64,000 nt of DNA from Azolla caroliniana (Eukaryota; Plantae; Polypodiophyta). Shown in pieces: positions 51,629-62,519 of the stretch (positions are counted from its first letter, which is position 1; each line of letters opens with the position of its first letter). The position numbers and the translations under genes were made by a program. The stretch covers positions 20,150,001 to 20,214,000 of the forward strand of contig JBHGNT010000014.1 in assembly GCA_043228905.1 (NCBI GenBank), written 5' to 3'. Below the pieces are notes generated by a model that had not been told where the DNA came from, made no database searches, and worked only from the letters and a program-made list of their open reading frames with translations.

Positions 51629-53749
51629 TGTCGCGTTGTTACGCGCGTGCGTGCGTGGAGAAAGGCGGGGCCACGGGGGTCTTGGACTAGGGAGCGACGG
51701 AGCGTAGGAAGTCGTGCTTCACTACTTCTGGGGCATCTCAGAAGCACACAAGAAGCAACCAAAGGGAGAGAGAGCGAGAGAGAGAGAGAGTGCTTAACAC
51801 CGACTCATGCACACACACGCACACACAGCCCGACCCGACTCAAGCCCTTATGTACAGGAAACGCAGGGAAGGAGGGGAGCACCCGACACCAACAAGACAC
51901 CAATATACATAGACAGACGCAAACGTATATGTATATATATATAAGAAGAATACACTCCCGGCTTTGAGCCGGACTGAGGTAGGTTACAGTAGTCGTCTGC
52001 TGCCAAGCCGCCGTCGGGGAGCTCACGGGCTCATCACGCCGAGCGGGGTCTTGCGCAGGAGATGAGCTGAAGCAAACCCTAAGCGAACACGAAGGGGAAG
52101 AAGAAGAAGTAGAAGAAACCTAACCCTAAACCTACCGGTATACCCTCTAATGCAAAAATGGGCAACCCCTACACAAAGGGCGTTCCCTTCCTTTTATAGA
52201 TCAAGGAAAGGGATGCGTTACAATGTGGGACAAATCCTGATTTACATGGGATCATCTGTCCCGACTTGACTACTCTTGGGCGCCATAAAGGCGCCCTCGA
52301 TATTCACACTAAATGTACATGGGTGCGTACACACGCTGCACCCCGCCGATGTAGCCAATGTTTCCCGGTTTTCGCCTATGGCCGAAATTCTTCACGACAT
52401 CCGCCCCCACCTAACTGCACGCACGTCCACCGGTACGTGCCAATCTGGTTGAAGGGTGAGAGATTTCGGCCGGTGAGAAACCGGTCTCCCGTGATCCGCA
52501 TCCCGGCTCGCTGCCGGTTTGACCCGTCGGCTTCGAGTCTTCCTTCGCGCTCGCCTCCCCGTAGGCTTGTTCGATCCGTCGATGGGTCCTCGGCCATGAT
52601 CTCCGTAGTACGCGTACTTCTGTTAGCCCTTGTTCGGCCGTATGAACGCCCCGCTTCCGTCGTATGCCCGATGTCCTCCACTTGAGGAATGCCCGTGGCA
52701 GCTCGCTTGGCCTCCGTTGTTGATTCGCGTCATCCTGATTGCCGTCCCATGTCGTTTCGCGTTGCCCTCGTCCTCTCGCCGCCACCTTCCTTCTCCATGG
52801 TCTTACGTCGCCGCGTCGGCTCGAACCGCCATGGTCTCCGGAATGGTGTGGAGGGTCCCTTCCCCGCGCTACCTCCGAACCGCGCAACCTATCTCCGCGC
52901 TCGCCTTTCCGCTTCGGCACCTCCGTGTGCCATGTTCCCTCGCCCGTTGTTTGGCACCGCCCGTGTCGCACTCCGGTTTATTGCACACCTCGTCGGCCCC
53001 CTTTTTGGCCAGATCGTGCATCGTCGTTTACCCTCATACCGGTGTCCTTTGCATCCGAGGAACACCCCGTAGTAGCCCGCTTGGCCCTTCCCGTCTTCAT
53101 GCTGCCACGATAAGTCCAGAGTCTTCCGCTTGCCGTCGTCCCCTCGCCCCCACCAGCATGTCACCCCGGCTTGCCGTGTCAGTCTTCGTTACTTCGACGG
53201 AGCTACCGAGATCTACGAAGCGAGTGTGGAGGATCCTCCTCCGGCCTCTCTTGCCATCCTGATCCCGACCCTGTGCAGTCCACTAGGCACTTGTCACTTC
53301 ATTCTCGGCACCTCCCTTGTGCCGTCTTCCGCTTCCTTTGTTCGGCCCGCCCGCGCCGAACACCGTTCCGTAGTCACGCTTCGATCCGGCCCGCGATGGC
53401 CACTTGCGAGACTCTTGTTTTGCCCAAGGTGTGCCTTTCCGGCCTGACACACCTCTTCGTGTTTGCCCTTACCGGCTTCTTCCGAACTTCGTGTCGTCGG
53501 ATCCCGTTCCCTGCCGCCACCGTCCTTCTCCCTCGGTCTCACGTTGCCATGTTGGCCGAACTGCCAGAGTCTCCGGATCAGTGTGAGGGTCCCATAGGAC
53601 CGGACTTCGTTTCTATGCTTGCCGAAACTCGGGTGACTTTTGTTTGAGTCCCTCCCGGACTCTCCTCGTGTCTTCCGCGTAGCCGGGTCCCGTTTCCCGC
53701 CGCCACCTTCCTTCTCCCTCGGTCTCACGTTGCCACGATGGCAGCACAG

Positions 53750-54290
53750 CCGGAGTCTCTGGAACCGGTGTGGGGATCCCGTAGGACCGGACTTCCTTAC
53801 GCCCATTGTCTTCGTCACCTTGCCGCCACCGTCAGTATCTTGGTCTTACGTCGACCGCGTTGCGGACTGCCGAAGTCTCTAGAACCGGTGTGAAGGATCC
53901 TCCGTAGACCGCCCGATTTGTAGCCCTTGCCTTCATCACCTCGCCGCCACTATCAGTATCTTGGTCTTACGTCGACCGCGTTGCCGACTGCCGAAGTCTC
54001 TAGAACTGGTGTGAAGGATCCTCTGTAGGCCTCCGATTTGTAGCCCTTGCCTTCGTCACCTCGCCGCCACCGTTAGTATCTTGGTCTTACGTCGACCGCG
54101 TTGCCGACTGTCGAAGTCTCTAGAACCGGTGTGAAGGATCCTCCGTAGGCCTCCGATTGGTAGCCCTTGCCTTTGTCACCTCGCCGCCACCGTCGGTATC
54201 TTGGTCTTACGTCGATCGCGTTGCCAACTACCGAAGTCTCTAGAACCGGTGTGAAGGATCCTCCGTAGGCCTCCGATTTGTAGCCTTCAT
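53750..54290. repeat. 120-bp (40-codon) tandem repeat, ~4.5 copies, inside element D
   Basis: TAGAACCGGTGTGAAGGATCC at ~53880, 54001, 54121 and 54241, with more diverged units near 53760 and 53580. Confidence 0.9.
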
Positions 54291-54392
54291 GACCCTGTCC
54301 CGTGTTGAGAAGCAAGCTCAACATGGTATGCGATGCTTATTGGGAAATAAGCTATAGTAGTTATTTAGCTACTTGTGAACATAAAGGAGAAA

Positions 54393-54550
54393 CAGCTAAT
54401 TAGCTACTGACAGCTAATTAGCTACTGACAACTATTTAGCGACTGACAGCTAATTAGCTATTGACAGCTATTTAGCGACTGACAGCTAATTAGCTACTGA
54501 CAGCTATTTAGCGACTAACAGCTAATTAGCTACAGGCAGCTAATTAGCTG
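54393..54550. repeat. 18-bp tandem array (CAGCTAATTAGCTACTGA) in the copia G 5' LTR, 9 units; 6 units in the 3' LTR at 59466-59569
   Basis: Units counted directly. Three extra units (54 bp) plus a 5-bp indel account for the 567 vs 508 bp LTR lengths. Confidence 0.92.
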
Positions 54551-55008
54551 CATACGTAAGTAACTTATTACTTAGGTAGAAAGTAAGAGAGTAAGAAAAA
54601 TAGAGAGAAGAAGATATACAGGAAGTAGAACTCTGAGAGAGAGATAGAAAGTATAGAGAGAAAGAACTCAGAGAGTGAGAGCGAGAGAGAGAAACAAACG
54701 AGAGCAAGTAGAGCTCTGCGCATAATGAAATAGAAGAAGTTTTTGGCTGCTACAGAGGTAAGTCTCCTTCCCCCTTCCCTTCTGTGTTTGAGCACTAAAC
54801 GATCTAGCACACCATGATCCGCCGCGCACATAACAAGAGCCCAAGTGCCTTCTTCATGTTTTCTTAACATGGTATCAGAGCAGAGTTGCTCATAAAGAAG
54901 AGTACAAAAGTGCATAGATCTGAGAAAGGTATTTCTCTGTTTGCTTATCTGAATCAGAAAGTTACTTGCTGAAGTAATTGTAACAGAAAACCTAGTTTGG
55001 AAGAGACA

Positions 55009-58000
55009 ATGGCTGCAGAGAATGCGGGCCAAATAGTTACAGAGAAACTAGATAAAAACAATTTCCCGGCGTGGAAATTTAGAATGACAAATTTCCTAAT
55101 GGGGAAAGGATACTGGGATTACATTGAAGGAGACCTAGAAGAGGCTCCGGAGATCCCAGAAGAAAATGCCACAGCAGCACAGATTAAAGCATTCAAAGAT
55201 TGGAATCAAGGGGCAAGGAAGGTAATGCATTGGCTCTCACTTAGCATCTCAGATTCGATGCTTGGGCACATACAGGATGCTATGCTCCCAAAAGAAGCTT
55301 GGGACAGTTTGGTAAAATTGTTTGCAGTAAACACAAAAGCTAGAAAGCTACAGTTGAAGACTGAGCTAAATACCTTAGAAAAAGGTAAGATGTCAATAAA
55401 TGAGTATGCCTTGAAAATAAAGAGCATATGTGAATCACTTGCCTCTATCAATGTAAAGATAGAAGATGATGATAAGGTAGAAATATGCTTGAGAGGCTTG
55501 GGACCTCAATACAAAAGCTTTAAAACCTCTATGCTTACAAGGGATAGTATCCCAAGTTTTCCAGATCTGGTTTCAATGCTTGTAGTAGAAGAAAGGAATC
55601 AGATGGATGATGTAAATAAAGGAAATCTTGAGAATGAGGGGCAAGCCCTATATAATAGTGCCGGAAGAGGCCGAGGAAGAGACCATGGAAGATTTGGCTC
55701 AGCAAGAACCAACAATAATGGTTATCAAGGAAGAGGACAACAAACCATTAGAGGAAGAAACAACAACAGAGGCAGGGGGAGCAACCAAGGTAGAGGTAAG
55801 CAAACATATGTAAATGATAATGGCTGTTGGTATTGTGGAAAACCAGGCCACACACAAGCTGAATGTTACAAGAAGCAAAATGATGAGAAAAGAGGAAAGA
55901 GTCAGCAGAATAACTATGCCCAAACTAGTGAAGATTGTGAAAAAGATGGTGCATTTGTGGTACAACATGAGATAGCAGCAGTGGCTGAAAGCTCACAGAA
56001 ATGTAATGAAGAGTTTACATGGTATGTAGACTCGGGGGCATCTAACCATATGACTGGACATGCAAACTGGTTTGAAAGGTTGAGAGAACCAGAGATTCCT
56101 GGCTATGTACAGACGGGTGATAATAGTACTCACCAAATAGAACATGTTGGAGATATTCCATTGTGGGAAGAAAAAGGAAAGACTAAGTATATGTTGAATG
56201 TAATGCATGTTCCAAATCTTGCTAAGAATCTGATTTCTGTTGGACAGATAGTAGAGCAAGGTATGCAAGTAAAGTTTAAGCAAAGTGGATGCTATATAGA
56301 AAAGAATGGGAAGCTCATTGCAAAAGGAAAACGACAAGGAAGAATGTTTATTTTGGATGTTGACATGCCTAGACAGATTTCAGCTATGTTTGCAAATGGA
56401 ATGAGTGTAGTCTCAGATGTGGAAATGTGGCATAAAAGGATTGGCCACATAAGTATGCAAACCCTAAAGAATATGTTGAGAAAAGATGCAGTGGCTGGAT
56501 TGCCAAAACTGAAAAACTGTGAAATGGGAAAAAAATGTGAAGCATGTCAATATGGAAAGCAAAATAGGTTGCCATTCCCTCATGAAAGACATGTAAGTAA
56601 AAATTTGTTGGATTTGGTACATACGGATGTATGGGGACCAACTAAGAATGCATCTATCGGTGGCTGCAGATTTTATGTAACTTTTATTGATGATTGCTCA
56701 AGGAAAACATGGGTGTACTTCATGAAAGAGAAAAGTGAAGTGTTTGAATGTTTTCGTAAGTTTAAATGCATGGTAGAAAAGCAGGCAGGTACAAGAATAA
56801 AATGTTTAAGATCTGATGGAGGAGGAGAGTATTTCTCCAATGAATTTTCTGATTTTCTATGCAATCAGGGAATAAGAAGACAGTTCACATGTAGATATAC
56901 TCCACAACAAAATGGAGTTGCTGAGAGGAAAAACAGAACATTGGTGAACATTGCAAGGGCTTTGATGACAGAGAAGAATATGCCATTGTACTATTGGGCA
57001 GAAGCTGTAAATACAGCAAATTATATTCTAAATAGATGTATAACATCGGGAGTACATGAAGCAACTCCTGAAGAGTGTTTCTATGGAAGGAAACCTAGTA
57101 TAGAACACTTAAAAGTGTTTGGATGCCTTGCATATGTACATGTGCCTGCAGAAGTAAGAAGTAAGTTGGATCCAAAGGCAGAAAAATGTATTTTTGTTGG
57201 CTATTCAGAAGAACAAAAAGGGTATAGATGCTATAACCCTGTAACAAAGAAGATTGTGACAAGTAGGGATGTAATCTTTGATGAGTTAGCCAGCTGGTAT
57301 AGTCCAAAACAGAATCCAGAGACTGATGAAGACAATGAGATTGAAGACAAAGACAAATCTGAAAACATAGAAGACTGCAACAGAGATGGAAGCAAGGTTG
57401 GACAGCAAAGTCCAACATCAACAGAATGTTCTGGACCATCAAAAAGCTCAGATGGTAAATCTGATTCAAATTCTTGGAGTGGAAAAAGTGGAGGACACAA
57501 AAAATGTGATGATAAAAAAGGAAAACAGAAAATGCCAGAGTATGAAATGTTGGATGACTTGTCTAAAAACATGGAAGATGAGGATTCAGATGTGTCATTG
57601 GATGATCTTCTTGGTATAAGAGGATTGAAAATCCCTGGTATGGAAAAAGCATTGAAGGATGCAAATCAGAAACTGAGAAGATCAGATAGAGAGAAAAAAA
57701 CTGTTGAAAGATTTGGTTATGATACATATATGGCTATGCATTATGCATACATGTCTAAGGTGGTACAGATCCCTGATCCAAGTAGTTTTGATGAGGCTAA
57801 AACTGAGAAGAAATGGGTGGATGCAATGCAAGAAGAGATTGATGCATTGGCTGAAAACAAAACATGGGATTTGGTGAGGTTACCAAAAGAAAAAAATGTG
57901 GTAGGTTGCAAATGGGTCTACAAGACAAAGCATGATTCCAGTGGGAATGTAAGTAGACATAAAGCAAGATTGGTTGCAAAGGGATATGCTCAAATGCAAG

Positions 58001-59357
58001 GAATTGATTATGATGAGACATTTGCACCGGTTGCAAAGATGGCAACATTGAGGACATTACTGGCTGTAGGTGCAGCCAGAAGATGGTTTCTTCATCATAT
58101 GGATGTAAAAAATGCCTTTTTACATGGTAACTTGGAAGAAGAAGTGTATATGTGTCAACCACCAGGTTTTGAAGATAGGAAGCATCCAGATTATGTATGT
58201 AAGCTGAAAAAGGCTCTCTATGGACTGAAACAGGCACCAAGAACATGGCACAGGGAACTTTCAGATTATCTGAAAAAACTTGACTTCAAAATGTCAAAGG
58301 CTGATTCATCATTGTATGTTAAAAGGAAAGATGATTGTATGGTTGTGATTCTGATTTATGTTGATGATCTCATCATTGGAGGTGATTTCATGGATGAGAT
58401 AAGTAAGCTGAAAAGAAATTTGGAAATGAAATTTCATATGAAAGATTTGGGAGATCTGAGATATTTTTTGGGTATTGAAATCATCAGATCTGAAAGTGGT
58501 ATATGTGTGTTGCAAAGACAATATGCAACAACTATGTTGAAAAAGTATGGTATGCTTGGATGCAAACCTATTGGAGTACCACTAGATAAAAACTGCAAAT
58601 TGAGGGCTGATTTGGGAGCCAAAATAGAAGATGTAAACATGTACAGGTCTATGGTGGGCAGCCTTATTTATTTGACCATAACAAGACCTGATTTGAGTTA
58701 TGCAGTTGGATTAGTCAGCCAATTTATGCAACAGCCAACCAAGCCGCATTTGGACTGCATTAGAAGAATTCTGAGGTATGTAAAAGCTACTCAGAACTAT
58801 GGATTGTTTTACAGGGCTGATTTGGACATAAATCTGGAAGGATATACAGATGCTGATTGGGCTGGAAGCCAAACAGATAGAAGATCCACAAGTGGATATA
58901 TCTTTACATTGGGAAGTGCTGGTATTTCATGGAGTAGCAAGAAACAGACTACTGTTGCATTGTCTAGTACTGAAGCTGAGTACAGAGGAGCTGCCATAGC
59001 CACTTGTGAAGAGGTATGGATTAGAAGATTGCTTGCTGATTTGGGAGAGTATATAGAAGGTACTGTCACAATCTGGTGTGACAACATGAGCACATTCAAC
59101 TTGCAAAGAACCCTGTGTTCCATGCAAGAACAAAGCACATTGAAGTGCATTATCACTTTGTTAGAGAAAAAGTGATTGAAGGAGAAGTTGATCTGGTGTA
59201 TGTGAATACAAATCAGCAGGTTGCTGATATTCTCACAAAGGGATTGAGTGTGGAAAAGCATACACAGTTTCGGAACATGATTGGAGTTGTAGACATTGAT
59301 ATGATGGCTGAAAAGCATCATGAAAAAGAAGTTGTAGATAACCCCAAGAAAGGATAA
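55009..59357 (+). CDS. Copia Gag-PR-INT-RT-RNase H polyprotein with a single frameshift near 59090
   Basis: 1392-aa ORF (CWYCGKPGH, WYVDSGASNHMT, HTDVWGP, QNGVAERKNRTL, YVDD, YTDADWAG, WCDN). The RNase H end (FHARTKHIEVHYHFVRE...QVADILTKGL) is in another frame, 59115..59357. Confidence 0.95.
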
Positions 59358-62300
59358 GTTGAGCTTGAGGGGGAGTGTTGAGAAGCAAGCTCAACATGGT
59401 ATGCGATGCTTATTGGGAAATAAGCTATAGTAGTTATTTAGCTACTTGTGAACATAAAGGAGAAACAGCTAATTAGCTACTGACAGCTATTTAGCGACTG
59501 ACAGCTAATTAGCTACTGACAGCTATTTAGCGACCGACAGCTAATTAGCTACAGGCAGCTAATTAGCTGCATACGTAAGTAACTTATTACTTAGGTAGAA
59601 AGTAAGAGAGTAAGAAAAATAGAGAGAAGAAGATATACAGGAAGTAGAACTCTGAGAGAGAGATAGAAAGTATAGAGAGAAAGAACTCAGAGAGTGAGAG
59701 CGAGAGAGAGAAACAAACGAGAGCAAGTAGAGCTCTGCGCATAATGAAATAGAAGAAGTTTTTGGCTGCTACAGAGGTAAGTCTCCTTCCCCCTTCTGTG
59801 TTTTAGTACTAAACGATCTAGCACACCACGATCCGCCGCGCACATAAGAAGAGCCCGAGTGCCTTCTTCACGTTTTCTTAACATCCCGGGCCGTCCCTTC
59901 CCTCATGCCAAGAGGGCGGTTTACTACGCACCCTCTCCCGTGGTACCGACGTACCGTGTCCTCGGCCTCTTCGTAGGCCTGCTCTCTTCCTCCCTCCCGG
60001 AATGCTTATCCGGGAGTCCGCTCCGCCCGGTTCTCGTCCGGGTCCGTTCGTCCTTCTCCGGATTGCCGAGTCCCGTTCTCCTGTCGCCACCGTCTCTCGT
60101 ACAGAACTTACGCCGGCACTCGGGTCTGCAGCCGGTTCGGTGTAAGGGATCCCATAGGACCGGCTTTCATTCTCTTTCCAAATCTCGACCTTCGCCCGAT
60201 CGGTCTTTCTCCCCATGTAAAAGAGGGCGGCTCGTCCCGCACCCCCGTTCCGTATCGGCCCCTTCATGCCGAATCCGGCCCCGATTGAACGATCCACGAC
60301 CGGATTACGCTCCACCCGTATCGGAATGCTGATCCTCTCTTGCCGTGTCTGTCCTCGGCCTCCTCGCAGGCCGTTTCCCATCTGTCTTCGCTGGCATCGT
60401 GCCAGGACTCCTCGGTACCGCCATCCATCTCCTCGGTCTTACATGGGCATACGGGCCCAATTGCCGAGTTCTCCGGAATCGGGTCCGTGGGCTTTCGTCC
60501 GTTCTTTCCCCGTATCGTCTCGCCGGTGATTCTCGCCCTTTCGCCGCCGCCTTCCTCCGCTTGGGACTCACGTGGGCACTCGGGCCCGACTGCCATCGTC
60601 TCGGGAGTAAGTGTGGGAAGACACAAAGAATCGCTCGTCTGTTTTACGCCCCTGTCCGTAGCCACCGACTCTTCATGGTCGGTGGTCGTCTTCTTACCGA
60701 TCGCGCAAGCCTCGTCTGGGCTTGCTTCTCCAATGCCCGGGATCTTGGCTTGACACGCCCGAAACCGCTGGTCCCAATGATCCGGTTCCGTGATCGGTAT
60801 CTCGGCCTTGTCCTTGGTAGATCTTTCTCCGCATGTCGAGAGGGTGGCTCGTCCTGCACCCTCTCCCGTGGTACCGATGTACCATTCTCTTTCGGCCTCC
60901 TCATCCTCCGATCGCCTCCGGCCCGACTCCATAATAAGCCCTTCTTCGGCTTCGATTTTCCCCTCTTCCTCGAGCATCACTTTGAGAGTTGCGTACGCCT
61001 CCGCAATCCTGGCCCCTACGCCGACCCTTGCTGACTCTCTTTGCCGTTCGGCCTCTTCCCGCCGTGATGGCACGCCATCGCGTACCTTCCTCTTAGCCTT
61101 CTCGGCTCGCTCATTGTCTAGCCTTTGGCACACCCTTCCGACCTTCGACCAGTCCTCCGTAAGCCCATTCGCTCCATCATCGTCTTCGAGCTCAATCCCG
61201 ATGGCTTTTTGTTCCGCTCGGTCAATCGACCTGACGAACAAAAGGACTTGTCCGCCCCCACCAAACCTTGTTCCCGCTCTGGGAGCCGAGCAAGTCGTCG
61301 CTCGAACTCCCAGAATGCCTTCGTCGCACCCCGGTGGGTCTTTGCCGATGCTACCCACTGGTCGAAGTGGTGTTGTCCCCGACTCTTCCGCCGTCCTCCG
61401 TATGCCTTCAGGAGCGCCTCTTCAAAGGCCTCCCACGAACTATGAGCCTCACGGAGCTCCTTTATTTCCGCATGCATCCGGACAGCCACGACCCGACAGA
61501 AGAACTCCAGCCTCAACGCCTCGTCTACGCCACGCTCCTCCATTTCCGCATTGTAGGCTTCCAAGTAAGATGGGACTTTGTCCCCGTTGAAATGGCCGAC
61601 TCTTTCGACCACTCGCTCAACCGCTTGTTGCGCTGCTTCTCGCCTCATCACCACTCGTGCCGACTCCAACACCACTTCGGCCACCATCTCCGCAAGGTCG
61701 TCGTCTTCCGACTCCATCCTCCCTTGCCGCCTTTCACGTCGGGTTCACCAAAGATGTCGGGTGGAGAAAGGCGGGGCCACGGGGGTCTTGGACTAGGGAG
61801 CGACGGAGCGTAGGAGGTCGCGCTTCACTACTTCTGGGGCATCTCAGAAGCACACCAGAAGCAACCGAAGGGAGAGAGAGCGAGAGAGAGCGAGAGTGCT
61901 TAACACCGACTCACGCACACACACGCACACACACGCACACACAACCCGACCCGACTCAAGCCCTTATGTACAGGAAACGCAGGGAAGGAGGGGAGCACCC
62001 GACACCAACAAGACGCCAATATACATAGACAGACGCAAATGTATATGTATATATATATAAGAAGAATACACTCCCGGCTTCGAGCCGGACTTAGGTAGGT
62101 TACAGTAGTCGTTTGCTGCCAAGCCGCCGTCGGGGAGCTCACGGGTTCGTCGCGCCGAGCGAGGTCTTGCGCAGGAGATGAGCTGAAGCAAACCCTAAGC
62201 GAACACGAAGGGGAAGAAGAAGAAGTAGAAGAAACCTAACCCTAAACCTACCGGTATACCCTCTAATGCAAAAATGGGCAACCCCTACACAAAGGGCGTT

Positions 62301-62519
62301 CCCTTCCTTTTATAGATCAAGGAAAGGGATGCGTTACAATGTGGGACAAATCCTGACTTACATGGGATCGTCTGTCCCGATTTGACTACTCTTGGGCGCC
62401 ATAAAGGCGCCCTCGATATTCACACTAAATGTACATGGGTGCGTACACACGCTGCACCCCGCCGATGTAGCCAATGTTTCCCGGTTTTCACCTATGGCCG
62501 AAATTCTTCACGATAGCGG

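Larger units (their letters stand above)
54303..59883 (+). mobile_element. Near-intact Ty1/copia retrotransposon G (LTRs 54303-54869 and 59376-59883; PBS-Met 54870-54881; PPT ~59366-59375; TSD TCCCG)
   Basis: TG...CA LTR pair, TGGTATCAGAGC, GAGGGGGAG PPT, and a perfect TCCCG at 54298-54302 and 59884-59888. Confidence 0.97.
51629..62515 (-). mobile_element. Non-autonomous Gag-only gypsy element D (LTRs 51629-52399 and 61755-62515, tRNA-Trp PBS 61733-61750, TSD GCGG)
   Basis: Near-identical LTR pair; GCGG at 51625-51628 and 62516-62519. Removing D restores the host peptide SHYTKPHWARATT. Diverged gag (61118..61717 and 60264..61358). No protease, RT, RNase H or integrase motifs seen outside the nested copia. 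Confidence 0.88.

Noticed and set aside
52070-52140. Interstitial telomere (AAACCCTAA-like motifs; also 62190-62250 and the TAGCCCC run at 15273)
   Set aside because: Only isolated or degenerate units, part of the D LTR or a non-telomeric heptamer, not a TTTAGGG array.
53750-54550. CRISPR-like arrays (120-bp and 18-bp periods)
   Set aside because: Plain tandem repeats inside retroelements, with no variable spacers.
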